Position numbers and translations under genes: made by a program. A DNA stretch of 64,000 nucleotides from Candidatus Poribacteria bacterium (GTDB lineage Bacteria > Poribacteria > WGA-4E > WGA-3G), in the NCBI GenBank assembly GCA_965198235.1, contig OZ240248.1, positions 2,272,001 to 2,336,000 of the forward strand, in the 5' to 3' direction. Shown here piece by piece: positions 61,203 to 64,000 of this stretch. Position 1 is the stretch's first letter. The number at the start of each line of letters is the position of its first letter. The notes under the pieces were generated by a model. That model ran no database searches, was not told where the DNA came from, and was given only the letters and a program-made list of their open reading frames with translations.

Positions 61203-61920
61203 CTAATCAGCATCCGTCGATTCTGCTGAATCCGATTGGGCATTGACAACCGCACTCGAAGCATAATCGCGAATAGTCTGTGCAATCCTTTCGGTATCTA
61301 AACCGCTGAAGCCGACGATTTCCTTCAGCAATGGCACTGCTGCACCAGCATTCACAATGGAACTGAGAATCCGGTTCATGCCATTGCTGCCATTACCATT
61401 GCCACCGCCGCCGAGGTCAAGCACACGGATGCTTTCAATCCGTTCCGCTGGTTTCATCAGTTCAGTGGTTACTTCAGGTAGGGATTCCAGAAGTGCTAAT
61501 ATCGCATCACTAACGAGAACTTTGGAATCCGCCTGATTCTTCGCGGCAATCGATGCCTCTTCGCCATTGGCTTTTGCCTTTTGTTGTTGTTCAAGTTTAT
61601 GCGCCTCAATCTCGCGTTCCTGTTCCGCTCTGTTTGTAGCGATTGACTTGCGTTGCTCTTCCTGTGCAAACTCAAGACGTTTCGCAACTTCTAAGGCTTG
61701 TGTCTCCGTCTCCTCTTCGCGCTGTTTGATTTCCAGGTCGGCTTTGAGTCGGTTCTCTTCACGCCTCACTTGGTTTTCTTGCTCGATCCGGGCGGTTTCA
61801 GTTTGTCTATCTTCAACCTCTTGTTTGATAGTTTGAATGGCAACGACATCAAAACGGTTGTTTTCGTCAAGTGCCTCAAGAGGTGTTTGGTCGAGATTGG
61901 TGACAGCAACACTTTCTAAC
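61203..61920 (-). pseudogene. Flotillin-like (YqiK-type) gene lacking its N-terminal SPFH region
   Basis: LESV..T.LDQT...LD.NN.FD and KP.E.IESIRV; begins exactly at the IS right end; the listed 'MGAIT' start lies inside the IS. Confidence 0.75.
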
Positions 61921-62060
61921 GTGATAGCACCCACACGCTAAAGCGTGGGGCTTCGGTTTCATAGCAACTGCGGTTTTCTCCAAGAGTCCACCGTCTGACT
62001 GTCGCTCCGCCAGCAGGCAATTATTCCGTATCAGAACGGTTTTATGGTCTCCTTAGACCG
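61905..62060 (-). ncRNA. Predicted TnpB omega/reRNA scaffold plus flank-derived guide (5' boundary uncertain)
   Basis: Region between the tnpB stop and the right end; by the known TnpB architecture the guide is the adjacent flank GTTAGAAAGTGTTGCT. Confidence 0.6.
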
Positions 62061-63162
62061 CTACCCCTGCCTGCAAAATGTTTATCGCAGCGTTTATATC
62101 TCTATCGTGAGACGTGCTGCAGGAAGGACATGTCCAATATCTATCTGAAAGTGTAATAGATTCATTCTTGTGTTTGCAAGCGTGGCATGCTTTCGTTGTG
62201 GGTTGCCACCGCCCCGCTTTCGCAAACACTTTATCATATTTGGCACATGTCCACTGAAGTATTAGTGAGAATTCACCAAAGGCTATATCAGAGACTTTAC
62301 GTCCCCAAAGTTTTTTCATACCTTCAAGATTGAGCGTCTCTATGGCAATTTTATCGTATCTGCGAACAAGGCGGAGTGCTAACTTGAAAAACCAGTCCCG
62401 TCTACGATTTGCTATATCCTTATGGACGCTGGAAAGGTGGCGTTTGGCACGAAACCAGCCATGAGAAAGATACTGCTTACGAGAGAGTGCCTTGTTTGCT
62501 GAACGGATTGCGTTGAGACTTTGCTTATAGAACTCTGGGGACTCTATCTTTATGTCGTCTGAGAGTGTCAGAAATGTTTTACTTCCAAAATCTACCCCTG
62601 CCTCATTACCGGTCAATGGGAGTTTTTTCGAAGGTTTGTAATCCTCACAGACGAGATACAAATAATAGCCACCTACATTGTCACGCTTGATCGTTACTTT
62701 CTTTATCGTGCCTGTCCACTTACGGTGTTTCCAAAAGGTGAAGGACTTGTCTATACAATTGATCCTTAAACGGTTGCCTTCTATTTGAAAACCTGATTGT
62801 GTGAAAGTGATTGACTTATACTTGTGATTCGGCTTGATTTTCGGTTTGCCCACTTTGCGTTTCGTTTTACCTAACTTTCTGTCTTCTATGTTGTCAAAGA
62901 ACCGCTGGTAACCTAAATCAATGCGGATCGCAACGTCTTGAATCATTTGGCTTGGCAGCTGATTCCAATGGGGTTTTGTTCTGCGTTTCAACTGCGTTAT
63001 ATGTTTCAAGATACGAGAAAGTGAAGCATACTTACCATAAATCCGATAATAGCGTCTCTGCAACAATAAGAGGTGGACATGCACACGATGCAAGTCGTCT
63101 ATCAAATTGCCAAGCATGATTAGATTCGACTGGTGGTAAAACTCGTATTTTTCTGTTTTCAT
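62053..63162 (-). CDS. tnpB: RNA-guided endonuclease TnpB
   Basis: RuvC GVDFG / IAIETL / DRDINAA intact; zinc finger CHAC...CPSC. Confidence 0.93.
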   Translation of the reverse strand: MKTEKYEFYHQSNLIMLGNLIDDLHRVHVHLLLLQRRYYRIYGKYASLSRILKHITQLKRRTKPHWNQLPSQMIQDVAIRIDLGYQRFFDNIEDRKLGKTKRKVGKPKIKPNHKYKSITFTQSGFQIEGNRLRINCIDKSFTFWKHRKWTGTIKKVTIKRDNVGGYYLYLVCEDYKPSKKLPLTGNEAGVDFGSKTFLTLSDDIKIESPEFYKQSLNAIRSANKALSRKQYLSHGWFRAKRHLSSVHKDIANRRRDWFFKLALRLVRRYDKIAIETLNLEGMKKLWGRKVSDIAFGEFSLILQWTCAKYDKVFAKAGRWQPTTKACHACKHKNESITLSDRYWTCPSCSTSHDRDINAAINILQAGVAV

Positions 63163-63260
63163 GGGAAACCATCAGGTATCAGGCTTTACCCCCTATCCAG
63201 TGGGAAGCAGACACGTCACCAAGAGGCGACACTTGATATGTCTGCCAACCTGATACTCTA

Positions 63261-63289
63261 GTTATACTACATTTTTTGCTAAATGTCAA
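63261..63289 (-). promoter_or_regulatory. sigma70 promoter for tnpB
   Basis: TTGACA-17 bp-TATAAC. Confidence 0.7.
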
Positions 63290-63364
63290 GTATTTTTTGG
63301 ACTATAAAACCCAACGTCCGTCTACATCCCGCAAGCTAAAGCATGGGGATTTGACGGGAGAGTG

Positions 63365-64000
63365 TTAACGCAATTCCATTTCGCTTTTTTTTACATCAAA
63401 GATTCGTTTTGTTCGATCATAATTTATAAGAATGACAGTATCTCCTTTGACAGGGGTGACTCCATCTGGTTCGGCACAACAACTGACGGTTAATTCGGGT
63501 CCGTCCGGAACTCGAACGCGAGCAGTACCAAAGGTAGTTGTGATCTGTCCACTAATAACTCGTCCACTTAAACCGAGTAGTTGGACATCACTGATGGCTT
63601 TTTCGCTCTCTGGAAACAGTTTTGAAAGCGCGATGGAGATATACCGAGTTCCCAAGAAGCAACAGAAAAACGCAATGATACACGATATCCAAACCCAGTG
63701 TGGGTTCTCCGGGATATTGAGAAGCGCGTTCGCAATGAGCCCAGAAATTCCCCATGTTACCAATAGCGACATCAGCACAACCATCAAGGGGACCCTGCCG
63801 ACGTTCAGAAACCCAAACACATCTCCGAAGGAGGAACCCTGAGTGCCTGTATGTGCGTCCATATTAGCATCTACATCTGCATCCGCATCAATATCGATAT
63901 CGGTATCCATGTCGATATCAGCATCCATATCAACATCTGTGTCCACATCGCCGAAGTCCATCGCCCCTATGGCAAGTCGGAAGAGTGCCAGTAGGAACAC
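63365..64000 (-). CDS. YqiJ/DUF1449 (NfeD-like OB-fold) membrane protein, 5'-partial
   Basis: Asp-rich linker, FLNVGRVPLM, C-terminal G..G.V...G.A.V; usual flotillin partner. Confidence 0.8.
   Translation of the reverse strand: MFLLALFRLAIGAMDFGDVDTDVDMDADIDMDTDIDIDADADVDANMDAHTGTQGSSFGDVFGFLNVGRVPLMVVLMSLLVTWGISGLIANALLNIPENPHWVWISCIIAFFCCFLGTRYISIALSKLFPESEKAISDVQLLGLSGRVISGQITTTFGTARVRVPDGPELTVSCCAEPDGVTPVKGDTVILINYDRTKRIFDVKKSEMELR

Larger units (their letters stand above)
61921..63363 (-). mobile_element. Non-autonomous IS200/IS605 element (tnpB only, IS1341-like)
   Basis: Left-end hairpin 63325-63350; right-end hairpin CCCCACGCTTTAGCGTGTGGG ending in TCAC at 61921; no tnpA. Confidence 0.85.

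Noticed and set aside
61921-61934. Start codon for a 243-aa flotillin
   Set aside because: Lies inside the IS right-end hairpin; the gene is a truncated remnant
63850-63960. GAT/GAC-rich periodic sequence
   Set aside because: Ordinary Asp-x linker of YqiJ-like proteins
1-64000. Numerous 60-170 aa ORFs overlapping annotated genes; tRNA and rRNA genes
   Set aside because: Alternative-frame or antisense ORFs without motifs; no tRNA cloverleaf or rRNA signature recognised by eye

Overview
Bacterial chromosomal window of about 48-50% GC by eye. It most likely comes from Candidatus Poribacteria, inferred from a LamG protein ending in the 'DVQPGGKLVTTWSQIK' tail, PhyH-family dioxygenases, long TPR arrays and a DUF6785-like membrane protein. 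Housekeeping and metabolic genes include uxuA, dtd, hisB, nadC, dnaN, a glycogen cluster (glgC, glgP, GT3-like synthase, glgB), a Lol-like ABC exporter and a Gld-like ABC system. These are interspersed with accessory islands. The best candidates for undescribed systems are: (1) a four-gene operon at 35936-40546 with two coupled gene pairs, made of a 12xTPR array fused to an isolated Type IIG/TaqI-like DNA target-recognition domain, a PrrC/RloC-like ABC-ATPase with a HEPN-like tail, a TPR protein with an antidote-like tail, and a Doc toxin; (2) a DUF3800 gene facing a ~140-nt structured RNA that has its own near-consensus promoter and intrinsic terminator (21746-22495); (3) a tandem pair of sensor-less sigma-54 activators behind a consensus sigma-54 promoter. 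Also present are an intact tnpB IS200/IS605 element with readable ends that sits on a flotillin deletion, a 5'-truncated IsrB relic between glgP and hisB, a Type II R-M pair, an orphan methyltransferase with a possible decayed partner, and several dispersed repeat families. I saw no rRNA, tRNA or CRISPR array. All family assignments come from motif recognition by eye, not from database searches.
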